From assembly GCA_964538615.1 (NCBI GenBank), contig CAZIGK010000007.1:29422-93421 (forward strand): DNA of 64,000 nucleotides, given 5' to 3'. The notes beneath the pieces are model-generated. The model saw only the letters and a program-made list of their open reading frames with translations. It was not told where the DNA came from and ran no database searches. This stretch comes from an uncultured Rickettsiales bacterium. Lineage in GTDB: Bacteria; Pseudomonadota; Alphaproteobacteria; Rickettsiales; RI-342. The translations under genes were made by a program, and so were the position numbers. How positions within the stretch are numbered: position 1 is the first letter of the stretch; each line of letters starts with the position of its first letter. Of this stretch, positions 29,499 to 39,112 are shown piece after piece.

Positions 29499-30567
29499 AG
29501 GAAGTAAAAAAGTAGCTGCTGCCCCGGTGGTTAGTGCTTTGCCACACCCTAAGCATGTGGAGGCGCTCATTGGGCATCAGGCTGCGGTGTTCAGCTTTGA
29601 ACAGGCATTCAATAGCGGGCGTCTGGCGCATGGCTGGCTGGTCTGTGGTCAGGAAGGGGCGGGCAAGGCAACGCTGGTCTATACGCTGGCGCGAAGGGTG
29701 TTGAAATGGCGCAAGGGAGATGCAGTTCTGCCGCCTGTGGTGCCTGCCAGTGACCCTATGTTTCGTCGTGTGGCGCAGGGGGCGCACCCGGATATCCGCG
29801 TGATTGAGCCAGAAAAACCGGGGGGTATTATTAAGGTTGAGGATATTCGGACCTTGCAGGGGTTTTTATCCCACACAGCAGCGGAATCTGTCTGGCGAGT
29901 GGTGATGATTGACCCGGCAGACGCCATGAACAACAACGCGGCCAATGCCCTGTTGAAATTATTGGAAGAACCACCTCCGCATTGCCTTCTGTTTCTGGTC
30001 ACGCACCGCCCGGCACGTTTGTTGCCGACCATTCGTTCCCGCTGTCGGCAATTGCTGGTTCCACCGCTGGAGCAGGACGAATTTTTGCGCGTACTGCAAG
30101 CGGGAGATGTGGAGGTTCCTCCCGCTCAGGCATCGCTGTTGTTGGCATTGGCGGAAGGTAGCCCCGGTTTGGCCATGCAATTATTGCAGGCTAATGCTCC
30201 GGAGATGTATGGCCGTTGGTTGAGCCTATGGGAGGGAGCGCGTCTTTCCAGCGCGGCGGTTATGGCATTCAGCGATGGAGTAGGGCAACGGGATGCGCCT
30301 GAAAACTGGATGGCTTTCAAACGGATATTGAGTTTATTCCTTTCCCGTATGGTGCGCATGGTGGTGAGCGGGCAGGTGCCAGCACCACTGCTGGCGGGAG
30401 AAGATGTGGTGTTGAATAAACTGGCACAACGCCATAGCCCGCAATTCTGGCTGGACTGGTGGGAGCAATGCCAGCAGGAAATGCGCGAAGTGGACACCGT
30501 GAATCTTGACAAAAAACTCACAGTGCAACAGTTTGCCTATGTGATGGAGCAAGGTCTGCTGCCGTAG
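29485..30567 (+). CDS. holB: DNA polymerase III subunit delta-prime
   Basis: HGWLVCGQEGAGKATL, a clamp-loader AAA+ core, and SRCRQL (the sensor SRC motif). The track ORF starts at 29410; GTG 29485, overlapping the tmk end, is the more likely start. Confidence 0.8.
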   Translation: MAPRKGSKKVAAAPVVSALPHPKHVEALIGHQAAVFSFEQAFNSGRLAHGWLVCGQEGAGKATLVYTLARRVLKWRKGDAVLPPVVPASDPMFRRVAQGAHPDIRVIEPEKPGGIIKVEDIRTLQGFLSHTAAESVWRVVMIDPADAMNNNAANALLKLLEEPPPHCLLFLVTHRPARLLPTIRSRCRQLLVPPLEQDEFLRVLQAGDVEVPPAQASLLLALAEGSPGLAMQLLQANAPEMYGRWLSLWEGARLSSAAVMAFSDGVGQRDAPENWMAFKRILSLFLSRMVRMVVSGQVPAPLLAGEDVVLNKLAQRHSPQFWLDWWEQCQQEMREVDTVNLDKKLTVQQFAYVMEQGLLP

Positions 30568-30629
30568 GGTTGGGACGTTGCCTTTCATATTTACGTTCGC
30601 CCTGATGCAACTGACCGAAAAGCAAACCC

Positions 30630-32207
30630 ATGCAACATGCACCCAAAGCCCCATACTATATCACGACGCCGATTTACTACGTGAATGACAAGCCGCATAT
30701 AGGCCATGCCTATACCACGCTGGCCTGCGATGTGCTGGCGCGGTTCAAGCGGTTGGATGGCCATGTCGTGCATTTTCTGACCGGAACGGATGAGCATGGG
30801 CAGAAGGTCGAAAAATCTGCGGCTGCGCGAGGCATTGACCCTCAAACCTATTGCGATGAATATTCGGCTCATTTTCGTGATCTGGCAGATGCCATGCACT
30901 ACAGCCATGACCAGTTTATCCGCACAACGGATGTAGCGCATAAAACCGCCGTACAGGGCTTCTGGCAGCGGATTGTGGAGCAAGGGAGATTAGAGGGGCA
31001 GGAATATATTTATCTGGGGAATTACGCAGGTTGGTATGCAGTGCGTGATGAAGCTTTCTACACAGAGGGGGAGCTGACCACTGGCGCCAATGGCGAAAAA
31101 CTGGCTCCCACCGGCGCACCGGTGGAATGGGTGGAGGAACCAAGCTATTTCTTCCGTCTTTCTGCTTTTCAGGACAGACTGTTGCAATATTATGCGGAAA
31201 ACCCGGCCTTTATCGCACCGGAAAGCCGCCGTAATGAGGTGATTCGGTTTGTGGAAGGGGGGTTGAAGGATCTGTCTATCTCCCGTACCAGTTTCCAGTG
31301 GGGGGTGCCGGTACCGGGTAATGAAAAACACATCATGTATGTCTGGCTGGATGCGCTGTACAATTATGTTTCTGCTCTGGGTGGGCCAGATGCAGATGCT
31401 TATCAGACCTTCTGGCCAGCCGATATTCATATGGTGGGGAAAGATATTCTACGCTTTCATGCGGTTTATTGGCCTGCGTTTCTTATGGCGGCGAACATGC
31501 CGTTGCCAAAACGTATTGTGGCGCATGGCTGGTGGACAAATGAGGGGCAAAAAATCTCTAAATCGCTGGGTAATGTGATTAGCCCATATGATCTGGTGGA
31601 AGAGTTCGGGCTGGATCAGGTGCGCTATTTCATGTTGCGGGAAGTGCCTTTCGGGCAGGATGGCAATTATTCCCGTCAGGGTATGATTACACGTGTGAAC
31701 AGCGAACTGGCCAATACGATTGGTAATTTGGCGCAGCGCACGCTTTCCATGATTGTGAAAAACCTGAATGGTGTCATGCCAGAGCGTTGCGACATTCAGG
31801 AAGTGGATGCCATGCTGTTAAACCGTGCCTACGGTTTGCTACCTCAGTTGCGCCAGCATTTGGATGAGCAGGAATTTCACGTGGCACTGGAAGCGATTGT
31901 GGATGTAGCGCGCCATGCCAATGAATATATTGATGCGCAGGCACCCTGGAAGCTGAAAAAGGAAAACCCCGCCCGCATGGGGGATGTATTGTATAATCTG
32001 GCAGAGTGTATACGTTGTATTGCGCTGGCCTTGCAGCCTTTTGTACCGGATGCGGCGGCTCATTTGTTGAACCAGTTGAACGTGGACGAGGATAAGCGCG
32101 GTATGTTTGCTTTGCACGCCAGCCATGCATTGCAGCCGGGGATGATTTTGGCGGCACCTCAGGGGGTGTTTCCACGGTTTGAAGAGAAGAGCGGGGAAGC
32201 AGCGTAA
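30630..32207 (+). CDS. metG: methionine--tRNA ligase
   Basis: 525 aa: YYITTPIYYVNDKPHIGHAYT (HIGH), KISKSLGN (KMSKS). Confidence 0.95.
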   Translation: MQHAPKAPYYITTPIYYVNDKPHIGHAYTTLACDVLARFKRLDGHVVHFLTGTDEHGQKVEKSAAARGIDPQTYCDEYSAHFRDLADAMHYSHDQFIRTTDVAHKTAVQGFWQRIVEQGRLEGQEYIYLGNYAGWYAVRDEAFYTEGELTTGANGEKLAPTGAPVEWVEEPSYFFRLSAFQDRLLQYYAENPAFIAPESRRNEVIRFVEGGLKDLSISRTSFQWGVPVPGNEKHIMYVWLDALYNYVSALGGPDADAYQTFWPADIHMVGKDILRFHAVYWPAFLMAANMPLPKRIVAHGWWTNEGQKISKSLGNVISPYDLVEEFGLDQVRYFMLREVPFGQDGNYSRQGMITRVNSELANTIGNLAQRTLSMIVKNLNGVMPERCDIQEVDAMLLNRAYGLLPQLRQHLDEQEFHVALEAIVDVARHANEYIDAQAPWKLKKENPARMGDVLYNLAECIRCIALALQPFVPDAAAHLLNQLNVDEDKRGMFALHASHALQPGMILAAPQGVFPRFEEKSGEAA

Positions 32208-33044
32208 ATGAGCAAACCTGCGGCCATTCCCGCCCATGCGGCCTCTCTAACGCTGGTAGATAGCCATTGTCACCTGAATTTTCCTGACTTTAAGGAGGAT
32301 TTGCCACAGGTGTTGGCCAATGCTGCTAGCCATGGGGTGAAATATCTACAAACCATATGTACCTACATGGGGGAGTTTGAGCGGGTTTACGCCATTGCGG
32401 AAGACCGACCGAATATTTTTTGCTCGGTTGGCGTGCATCCCAACCATGTTGCGGAAGAACCCTTGGTAGAGGTGGCAACCTTAGTGGAAAAAGCAGCCTT
32501 GCCTAAAGTGATTGGGTTGGGGGAAACCGGGTTGGATTATTATTATGATTATGCCCCCAAAGCCATGCAGCAGGAGAGTTTTCGCAGGCACATACAGGCC
32601 GCACAGCAAACAGGGCTGCCGATTATTGTGCATACACGCGATGCGGAAGAAGATACGGTCGCAATCTTGCGGGAGATGCGTGAGGAAGCCAATTTTCCTG
32701 CGTTAATTCATTGTTTTAGCTCTGAGCATTGGTTGGCGGAAGCCTGTCTGGACATGGGGATATATCTGTCCATTCCCGGTATTGTCACGTTTAAGAAAGC
32801 GGAAGCGTTGCAGGAATCTGTACGCCAATTGCCGCTGGAGTCTTTGTTAGTGGAGACGGATGCGCCTTATCTGGCGCCAGTGCCCTACCGTGGCAAGCGT
32901 AACGAACCCGCCTATACCTATCATACGGCACAGGCTGTCGCCGATTTGAAAGGCGTTTCTGTGGAAGAGGTGGCACGCGTGACCACCCATAATTTCTTCT
33001 CGTTATTTTCTAAAGCGAACCCGTTGGTAAAAACGGATTCATGA
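32208..33044 (+). CDS. TatD-family metal-dependent hydrolase (YcfH-like)
   Basis: LVDSHCHLNF...GLGETGLDYYYD...IIVHTRDA...IHCFS...ETDAPYLAP. It starts immediately after the metG stop. Confidence 0.9.
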   Translation: MSKPAAIPAHAASLTLVDSHCHLNFPDFKEDLPQVLANAASHGVKYLQTICTYMGEFERVYAIAEDRPNIFCSVGVHPNHVAEEPLVEVATLVEKAALPKVIGLGETGLDYYYDYAPKAMQQESFRRHIQAAQQTGLPIIVHTRDAEEDTVAILREMREEANFPALIHCFSSEHWLAEACLDMGIYLSIPGIVTFKKAEALQESVRQLPLESLLVETDAPYLAPVPYRGKRNEPAYTYHTAQAVADLKGVSVEEVARVTTHNFFSLFSKANPLVKTDS

Positions 33045-33916
33045 TGCAGAAAGATACTGTTGTCTGTCTGGAAAACACCGCACCGCGACAGGCCTATTGC
33101 GGAGAAGGAGTGCGCCTGACCATACTTGGGTGCGGAGCCTCTCCGGGGGTGCCGCTGATTGGATGTGGCTGCGCGACTTGTCGGTCAGAGAATCTGAAAA
33201 ATCGGCGTACACGCGCCTCGGTACTGATTGAACAGGGGGGGAAACGCCTGTTGGTGGATACTTCACCGGATTTGCGTCAACAAGCACTGCGAGAAAATTT
33301 CGCCACCGTAGATGCCATTCTCTACACCCATGCCCATGCGGATCACACGCATGGTATAGATGAAGTGCGCAGTTTTAATTTCCATGCACAGGCGGTGATA
33401 CCCGCCTATGGCATTGCCGCCACACGCGATGAATTGGTGCAACGGTTTGATTATGCTTTTTTGCCCCCCATGCCTGAATATGGGTGGTTTCGTCCTGCTC
33501 TGGAGTGGCATGTGGTGCCGGATGAACCAATCACCCGGCAACGGATTGCGGACATGCAGGTTACCCTGTTCCGTCAACAGCACGGGCCGCGCTTGACCAG
33601 CCTGGGGATACGGGTTGGAGGGATAGCCTATTCGACGGATGTGAACCATCTGGACGAGGCTGCGTTTGAGGCGTTGGAAGGCGTGGAGATATGGGTGGTG
33701 GACTGCCTGACCCATCATCCCGTGCCAACCCATGCGTATCTGGAACAGGCACTTGCATGGATTGAACGGGTCAAGCCTCGCCATGCTGTGTTAACCCACA
33801 TGAATCATGTGCTGGAATATGATGCGCTTTCTGCACAGTTGCCGAATGGGGTAGAGCCAGCCTATGATGGTTTGCGGCTGGAGTGGGAATGTCCGCAAAA
33901 GCCACAGGGGAAGTAA
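33041..33916 (+). CDS. MBL-fold metallo-hydrolase (PhnP-like)
   Basis: LTILGCGASPGVP...CGCATC...NRRTRASVLI...YTHAHADHTHGIDEVR. Four-nt overlap with the tatD-family gene. Confidence 0.85.
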   Translation: MMQKDTVVCLENTAPRQAYCGEGVRLTILGCGASPGVPLIGCGCATCRSENLKNRRTRASVLIEQGGKRLLVDTSPDLRQQALRENFATVDAILYTHAHADHTHGIDEVRSFNFHAQAVIPAYGIAATRDELVQRFDYAFLPPMPEYGWFRPALEWHVVPDEPITRQRIADMQVTLFRQQHGPRLTSLGIRVGGIAYSTDVNHLDEAAFEALEGVEIWVVDCLTHHPVPTHAYLEQALAWIERVKPRHAVLTHMNHVLEYDALSAQLPNGVEPAYDGLRLEWECPQKPQGK

Positions 33917-34003
33917 GACAGATGAACGTATTGTTTACGGAAACTTTAGGCATCGCGTCCTAAATAAAGACATCTATTGACGTTTGTGAGCAAACCAGAC
34001 CCT

Positions 34004-34729
34004 ATGCAGCTACCAGAGCAGGATTCCAAAGACATTACTGAAATGGTGCGCTCCGGAGCCTATTACCGGGAGGCCATGAAATGGTATCATGACCTCTACC
34101 ACGCCCCCAATGTTCAACGTGCCTGGTTGATTGTGATTACGGTGCTGGCCAGCCTGAGTGCATTACTGGGGTTCTCCTCACTTATCTCTCTGTTGCCGAT
34201 TACGGACGAAACCCCCTTGTATCTTTTGAGCGATGATGTGGATGCGGAATATACCACCATCAAGCCTTTGCAGGATAATGCCTTGCATATGAATGATACG
34301 TTGGTACGTTACTTCATTAAAACGTATGTTGAAGGCCGTGAATCGTATCAGGTACAGGTATTGGAAGCGCAAAAATCCATGGTGCGCAGCTTAAGTTCTG
34401 ACGCTGAGTTTGCCCGTTATCTGCAGTATATTAGTCAGCAAAACCCGCAAAGTCCGGTGAACCAGTTGGGGCTGTATGGAGAGCGTTCGGCAACTGTTCT
34501 CTCCATGCAGTTGCATTATCCGGAAGGGACAACGGAAGAAGCGAAGCCGCTCACAACGCCACTGGGGGCAACCATTACGCTTGACGTGAAAACCGGGCAG
34601 GGAGAACAGTTGATTACATCGCAGGAGCAGGTGGAATTGCGCTTTGATTATACACCGGTGCAGGTGGATCAGCATACGGCAGAGGCGACCCCCATGGCAT
34701 TTGTGGTGACGGATTACCAGCGGCGGTGA
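34004..34729 (+). CDS. virB8: VirB8/TrbF-family type IV secretion protein (orphan)
   Basis: The ORF opens at TTG 33977; the first ATG is 34004. It is bitopic: a cytoplasmic N-terminus, one TM segment (AWLIVITVLASLSALLGFSSLISLL) and a periplasmic domain with YFIKTYVEGRESY and QQNPQSPVNQLGLYG segments like those of VirB8 proteins. Confidence 0.75.
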   Translation: MQLPEQDSKDITEMVRSGAYYREAMKWYHDLYHAPNVQRAWLIVITVLASLSALLGFSSLISLLPITDETPLYLLSDDVDAEYTTIKPLQDNALHMNDTLVRYFIKTYVEGRESYQVQVLEAQKSMVRSLSSDAEFARYLQYISQQNPQSPVNQLGLYGERSATVLSMQLHYPEGTTEEAKPLTTPLGATITLDVKTGQGEQLITSQEQVELRFDYTPVQVDQHTAEATPMAFVVTDYQRR

Positions 34730-35583
34730 TTTTTATGATGCAAAATGCGGTAGGCACTGCTAAAGGTAATGTATACATATGGTATTCAGGGATAACTGAG
34801 GTTTTATTCGTGCGGCTTTCTTGCTACATTGGTGCGATAATGCTGATCTCTGCGCTTGGCGTGGGAGCATCGGCTTCTGTTGCCTTGGCACTTAGCGAGC
34901 CGCGGGCTATCGCCACAGATAGCCGGATACGTACTATTTTGTATCATGAACATGAAGTGTTTCGCTTCACCGGGCATTATGGCTATCAGTCCAGTATTGA
35001 ATTTGCGCCGGAAGAAGAGATTTTGACGATCTCTGTTGGGGATTCTTTGGCGTGGCAGATTACCCCGGTGGAAAACCGTCTTTTCCTCAAGCCGATTGAG
35101 GAAGATGCGGATACAAACATGACCGTGCTGACGGACAAGCGCACGTATCATTTTGAATTGCATGCCCGACGCACGGAAACGATGCGGGATCCGGATTTGA
35201 TTTTTGCTATCCGTTTCATTTACTCCGACATGGATAGTAATTATGTCAAATCCATGCCCTACGAACAGCCGATTGAGGAAATGCTGCGGGAAAACCCCAA
35301 GCAGTTTAACTTCAATTACACCATTAGTGGCGAAGACCGGATTGCGCCGGTACGCATTTTTGATGATGGAACTTTCACCTACTTTGAATTTCCCGAAAAC
35401 CTTCATGATATTCCTGCTTTTTTTCAGGTGTTGAAAGATGGCAGCGAGGCGCTGATCAACTACCGTATGCGGGATAATTTTTTGGTGGTTGAACGTATTG
35501 CGGAGAAATTTACGCTGCGTTATGGCAGCGAGACCGTGTGCGTATTTAACGAAAAGCTACTGCCAAAGCAGGCAGCTGAATAA
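34726..35583 (+). CDS. virB9: VirB9/TrbG/CagX-family type IV secretion protein (orphan)
   Basis: The ORF opens at GTG 34726, overlapping the virB8 stop. GTG 34810, with GAGG 8 nt upstream, gives a signal peptide (MRLSCYIGAIMLISALGVGASASVALA). N-domain: DSRIRTILYHEHEVFRF...IEFAPEEEILTISVGDSLAWQI..NRLFLKP...TNMTVLTDKRTYHFEL. C-domain: PVRIFDDGTFTYFEFPE...PAFFQVLKDGSEALINYRM.DNFLVVERIAEKFTLRYG. Confidence 0.8.
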   Translation: MIFMMQNAVGTAKGNVYIWYSGITEVLFVRLSCYIGAIMLISALGVGASASVALALSEPRAIATDSRIRTILYHEHEVFRFTGHYGYQSSIEFAPEEEILTISVGDSLAWQITPVENRLFLKPIEEDADTNMTVLTDKRTYHFELHARRTETMRDPDLIFAIRFIYSDMDSNYVKSMPYEQPIEEMLRENPKQFNFNYTISGEDRIAPVRIFDDGTFTYFEFPENLHDIPAFFQVLKDGSEALINYRMRDNFLVVERIAEKFTLRYGSETVCVFNEKLLPKQAAE

Positions 35584-35630
35584 ACGTTACCCTTTTGCCC
35601 ATTTTCGGTTTTGGCGGGTTTCGTTTACTA

Positions 35631-36509
35631 TCATGCGGCTTCCCGTGGGTCGGGGTGAATGATGACCTCGGCCTCCGTAAAGAGGGCGGCAATTTGTTGT
35701 TCCAGCCTGTCCACCACCTCATGCGCCTGCCAAAGAGACATATGACCGGGTAATTCCGCGTGCAGCTGAATAAAACGTTTGCTGCCTGCCATGCGGGTTT
35801 TGAGAGCGTGATACCCCAGTAATTCTGCGTCCTGTTGCAGCAGGCTGATAATGGCCTGTTTTTCCTCGTCGGGCATTTCCTTATCCATCATACGTTCCAG
35901 TGCCTTGCGCGCCAGTTGCAGACCATTCCAGACCAAATAGGCCGCAATGCACAGAGCCAGTACGCTATCCGTTCGCAGCCATCCCATGTAATGTTGCGCC
36001 AGTAATGCTAACAGCACACTGCCATTGAGTGCAATATCCCCCACATAATGCAGACTGTCGGCTTCAATAATGCGGGATTCGGTTTGTTGAAGTACATGCT
36101 TCTGGTACAACACCAGCAACAGGGTGAGAAACACGGAGATACCCGCCGCAGCAATAGCGGCCGTAGAGTGATCCAGCGGTTGGGGCTTGAAAAGGCGCTG
36201 TCCGGCCTCCAGTGCAATCCAAAGGGCAGAGGTCAGCATAAAACCTGCTTGTGCAATGGCAGCCATATCTTCCATGCGGGTATGACCAAAGCGGTGGTCA
36301 TCATCTGCCGGGCGCAACGCATAATGTGCTGCCAGTAGATTCATGACGGAGACCAGCACATCCAGCAGGGAATCCATCAACGCAGCAAACAGACTTAAAG
36401 AATCACTGTATAGCCAGCCGACCAGTTTGGTCAGGCAGAGCGATAGTGCGACGGTACTGGAAGCAACCGTTGCAGAGAGAATTAAACGCCGACGTTGACT
36501 GGCAGCCAT
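35631..36509 (-). CDS. cation diffusion facilitator family transporter (FieF-like)
   Basis: The track ORF runs to 36590; ATG 36509 gives MAASQRRRLILSATVAS... It has six TM segments with SLFAALMDSLLDV and HYVGDIALN metal-site-like motifs, plus a C-terminal cytoplasmic domain. Confidence 0.85.
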   Translation of the reverse strand: MAASQRRRLILSATVASSTVALSLCLTKLVGWLYSDSLSLFAALMDSLLDVLVSVMNLLAAHYALRPADDDHRFGHTRMEDMAAIAQAGFMLTSALWIALEAGQRLFKPQPLDHSTAAIAAAGISVFLTLLLVLYQKHVLQQTESRIIEADSLHYVGDIALNGSVLLALLAQHYMGWLRTDSVLALCIAAYLVWNGLQLARKALERMMDKEMPDEEKQAIISLLQQDAELLGYHALKTRMAGSKRFIQLHAELPGHMSLWQAHEVVDRLEQQIAALFTEAEVIIHPDPREAA

Positions 36510-36670
36510 GGTATAAGACCTTTCTATCATCATCACCATGACGAAGCAGTGGCGAGCTTTTGAAGGAGTGATGGCAGATGACAGAGACATGTTTTACAGA
36601 GCAAAGCCGCAGGTCAGGGGCGACACTGCGGCTTTATTATTTTCACCATAACATGATGAACTATTAACGA

Positions 36671-37120
36671 TTAACGATCGTCATCATCATCGCTATATTG
36701 CTTTTCCATGCGCTCATGACGTTCTTGCGCTTCAATGCTTAAGGTGGCAATCGGGCGGGCTTCCAGGCGCTTCAGGCCAATAGGCTCCCCGGTTTCTTCA
36801 CAATAGCCATATTCCCCTTCATCCAGACGGCGCAGGGCGGAATCAATTTTTTCAATCAATTTCAGGTAGCGGTTGCGGGTACGCAATTCAATGCCGGCTT
36901 CCGTTTCAATGGAAGCGCGATCCGCAATATCGGCCTCGTGCCAGTTTTCCTCTTTCAGGTGCTCCAGCGTCTCTTGAGATTCTTTCAGCAGGTCTGCACG
37001 CCAGCTTAATAATTTTTGGCGGAAATATTCCTGCTGCATGGGGCTCATGTAATCTTCCTGATCGGAAGGGCGGTAATTGATAGGAAGCTCAACCCGTTGT
37101 TTTTTGGCACTCTGATTCAT
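36671..37120 (-). CDS. dksA: RNA polymerase-binding transcription factor DksA (one-Cys type)
   Basis: 149 aa: YMSPMQQEYFRQKLLSWRADL, coiled-coil tip DIADRASIETE, C-terminal GYCEETGEPIGLKRLEARPIATLSIEAQ. Confidence 0.9.
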   Translation of the reverse strand: MNQSAKKQRVELPINYRPSDQEDYMSPMQQEYFRQKLLSWRADLLKESQETLEHLKEENWHEADIADRASIETEAGIELRTRNRYLKLIEKIDSALRRLDEGEYGYCEETGEPIGLKRLEARPIATLSIEAQERHERMEKQYSDDDDDR

Positions 37121-37175
37121 GCGTTCTATCCTTGTAATCGTGAGAGGCAGAAGAAAAGGCGCCTATGTTGTAGGA

Positions 37176-37595
37176 TTATTTTCCTAGCTTTGCAAGTTCT
37201 ACCGCAGCGCGGATTTCAATTTCACGCATCAAAGCAATCAGCGCCGGGTCATCGGTATGGGGCAATTCTTCCTGCATACGTTGTTGCAGTTGTAATAAGG
37301 TAGCCTCGGGAATGGCGCCCAGCAACAGCCCAAGTTTCACATCCTCAAGCAGATCCAGCAATGCAGTGCCTTTGCGTACATAAGCCTGCTTGTTGCGGGA
37401 AGGCTGACTGGCATCTGGCAGGTCAGGGGCAAAAGTAACGGCGGCGATATCGCCTGCGGCTTGCGTAGATCCGGCGGCGGCTGTCCCCAGCGCATCTTCC
37501 AGAACAGAAGCAAAGGAGGAGCCTTCTCCGGAGCGGGCTTTGCCAGCCTTTTTACCTGCCGGGGTTTTAATGGAGCCGGAACCTTCTATTTTCAT
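37176..37595 (-). CDS. fliX: flagellar assembly regulator FliX
   Basis: The track ORF runs to 37913. ATG 37595 gives a 139-aa protein, MKIEGSGSIKTPAGKK...LLDLLEDVKLGLLLGAIPEATLLQL...MREIEIRAAVELAKLGK, closely resembling Caulobacter FliX as I remember it. It is divergent from flgI, as in Caulobacter. Confidence 0.8.
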   Translation of the reverse strand: MKIEGSGSIKTPAGKKAGKARSGEGSSFASVLEDALGTAAAGSTQAAGDIAAVTFAPDLPDASQPSRNKQAYVRKGTALLDLLEDVKLGLLLGAIPEATLLQLQQRMQEELPHTDDPALIALMREIEIRAAVELAKLGK

Positions 37596-37862
37596 GACAT
37601 CTTCTCTGGCATAGCGAAACGATGGTGGATCAGCATGGGTGGTTTGTGTCATATGCCGTATGACACAACGCACATGTTCCGTTAGCCAAACAACCAACGG
37701 GTAGCCGCAACTATACTGCGCCGGATAAGATGACATCGCAATAGGCATTTTTTGCCTGCCATCAAACCAGACCATATTCCTCCTGTCATCATGGCTCGAT
37801 TGGGGCTGCGTTAGCGCGCAGTTGAGTGTAAAGATATTTGTAAAATATAATGAAATAGCTGT

Positions 37863-37877
37863 TGGCATATGGATTGC
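37863..37877 (+). promoter_or_regulatory. candidate sigma-54 (-24/-12) promoter for the flgI operon
   Basis: TGGCAT-ATGGA-TTGC matches TGGCAC-N5-TTGC with exact spacing. It lies 49 nt upstream of the flgI ATG, and an AGGAG RBS follows at 37913-37917. Confidence 0.55.
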
Positions 37878-37925
37878 TTGTATTGATGCGGCATACGTGC
37901 CAGTTTCTTTCAAGGAGACATCGCA

Positions 37926-39098
37926 ATGGTGTGGTTTCTAACACGAATGATGATTGCCAGAGGGCAGGGAAAGCAACTTTCCGGTCAGCGTGTCGTGGCG
38001 TGGGTGTTGAGTGTCCTGTTGTGTTGGGGATTGGGGGTGCCGGAAGCACACGGGCGTGTGCGCATGAAAGATGTCGTGAATTTTGAAGGTATCCGCGAAA
38101 ATATGCTCATGGGCTATGGACTGGTCGTGGGTCTGAACGGAACAGGGGATAAGGTGACGAACTCCAAGTTTACGGAAGAGAGCATGGTCTCTTTTCTGGA
38201 GCGGTTGGGCGTCAATACCCGTGGAACACAATTAAAGCCGAAAAACGTGGCCGCAGTCACCGTAACAGCAACATTACCACCGTTTGCGCGTAACGGCTCT
38301 CGCATTGACGTGAATGTCAGCGCCATGGGGGATGCGAAAAGCCTGCAAGGCGGTATTTTATTAGCCACCCCGCTTTATGGGCCTGACGGTGAAGTCTATT
38401 CTGTCGCGCAAGGGGCTGTTGCAATTGGTGGTTTTGCCGCCGGTGGCGATAGTGCCAATGTTGTTAAAGGGGTGCCCACCAGTGGGGTGGTTGCCAGCGG
38501 CGGAATTGTTGAGCGCGAAGTGGGTTTTGTGCTGAATGACATGCAAAATATGAATATATCCCTTAAAAATCCGGATATTACAACTGCCAGCAATATTGCC
38601 AAAACCATCAATGCCCACATGGGGGGAGATGTGGCACGTGTGTTGGATCCGGCAACTATTTCCCTGCCAGTGCCTTATGAGTATCAGAATAATGTGATTG
38701 CCCTGTTAGCGGAAATTGAGCGTTTGGAAATTGAAACAGATCAGCCGGCACGGGTGGTGATTGATGAGGCAACGGGCACGATTGTGATGGGTGAGAATGT
38801 GCGTATTGACAAAGTGGCCATTGCACAGGGGAATCTGGTTGTTGCGGTGACGGAAAACCCTCAGGTTTCTCAGCCGGGTGCGTTTGCACCGGAAGGGGCA
38901 GAGACGGCTGTGGTGCCGCGTACGGATATTAATGTGGATGAAGGCACTGGCAAAATGGCTGTGCTGGAACGGGCGGCGACCCTGAGTGATTTGGTGCAGG
39001 GCTTGAACTCTTTGGGGGTTGGGCCGAGAGATATGATTACGATTTTGCAAAACATTAAAGCCGCCGGTGCCTTACAGGCTGAAATTGAGACGCGGTAA
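37926..39098 (+). CDS. flgI: flagellar P-ring protein FlgI
   Basis: 390 aa with a signal peptide: RMKDVVNFEGIRENMLMGYGLVVGLNGTGD...LQGGILLATPLYGPDGEVYSVAQG...LQAEIE. Confidence 0.95.
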   Translation: MVWFLTRMMIARGQGKQLSGQRVVAWVLSVLLCWGLGVPEAHGRVRMKDVVNFEGIRENMLMGYGLVVGLNGTGDKVTNSKFTEESMVSFLERLGVNTRGTQLKPKNVAAVTVTATLPPFARNGSRIDVNVSAMGDAKSLQGGILLATPLYGPDGEVYSVAQGAVAIGGFAAGGDSANVVKGVPTSGVVASGGIVEREVGFVLNDMQNMNISLKNPDITTASNIAKTINAHMGGDVARVLDPATISLPVPYEYQNNVIALLAEIERLEIETDQPARVVIDEATGTIVMGENVRIDKVAIAQGNLVVAVTENPQVSQPGAFAPEGAETAVVPRTDINVDEGTGKMAVLERAATLSDLVQGLNSLGVGPRDMITILQNIKAAGALQAEIETR

Positions 39099-39112
39099 TA
39101 GGAGAACAGACC

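Noticed and set aside
36591-36670. Hairpin AAGCCGCAG-N14-TGCGGCTT after dksA, considered as a terminator.
   Set aside because: The T-run is on the + strand while both neighbouring genes are on the minus strand, and on the minus strand no U-tract follows the stem. It may still be an RNA-stabilising hairpin, but I cannot call it a terminator.
36671-37120. DksA has only one Cys of the canonical four-Cys zinc finger.
   Set aside because: One-Cys and zinc-free DksA variants are known, including in alphaproteobacteria. I treat this as lineage-typical, not an anomaly.
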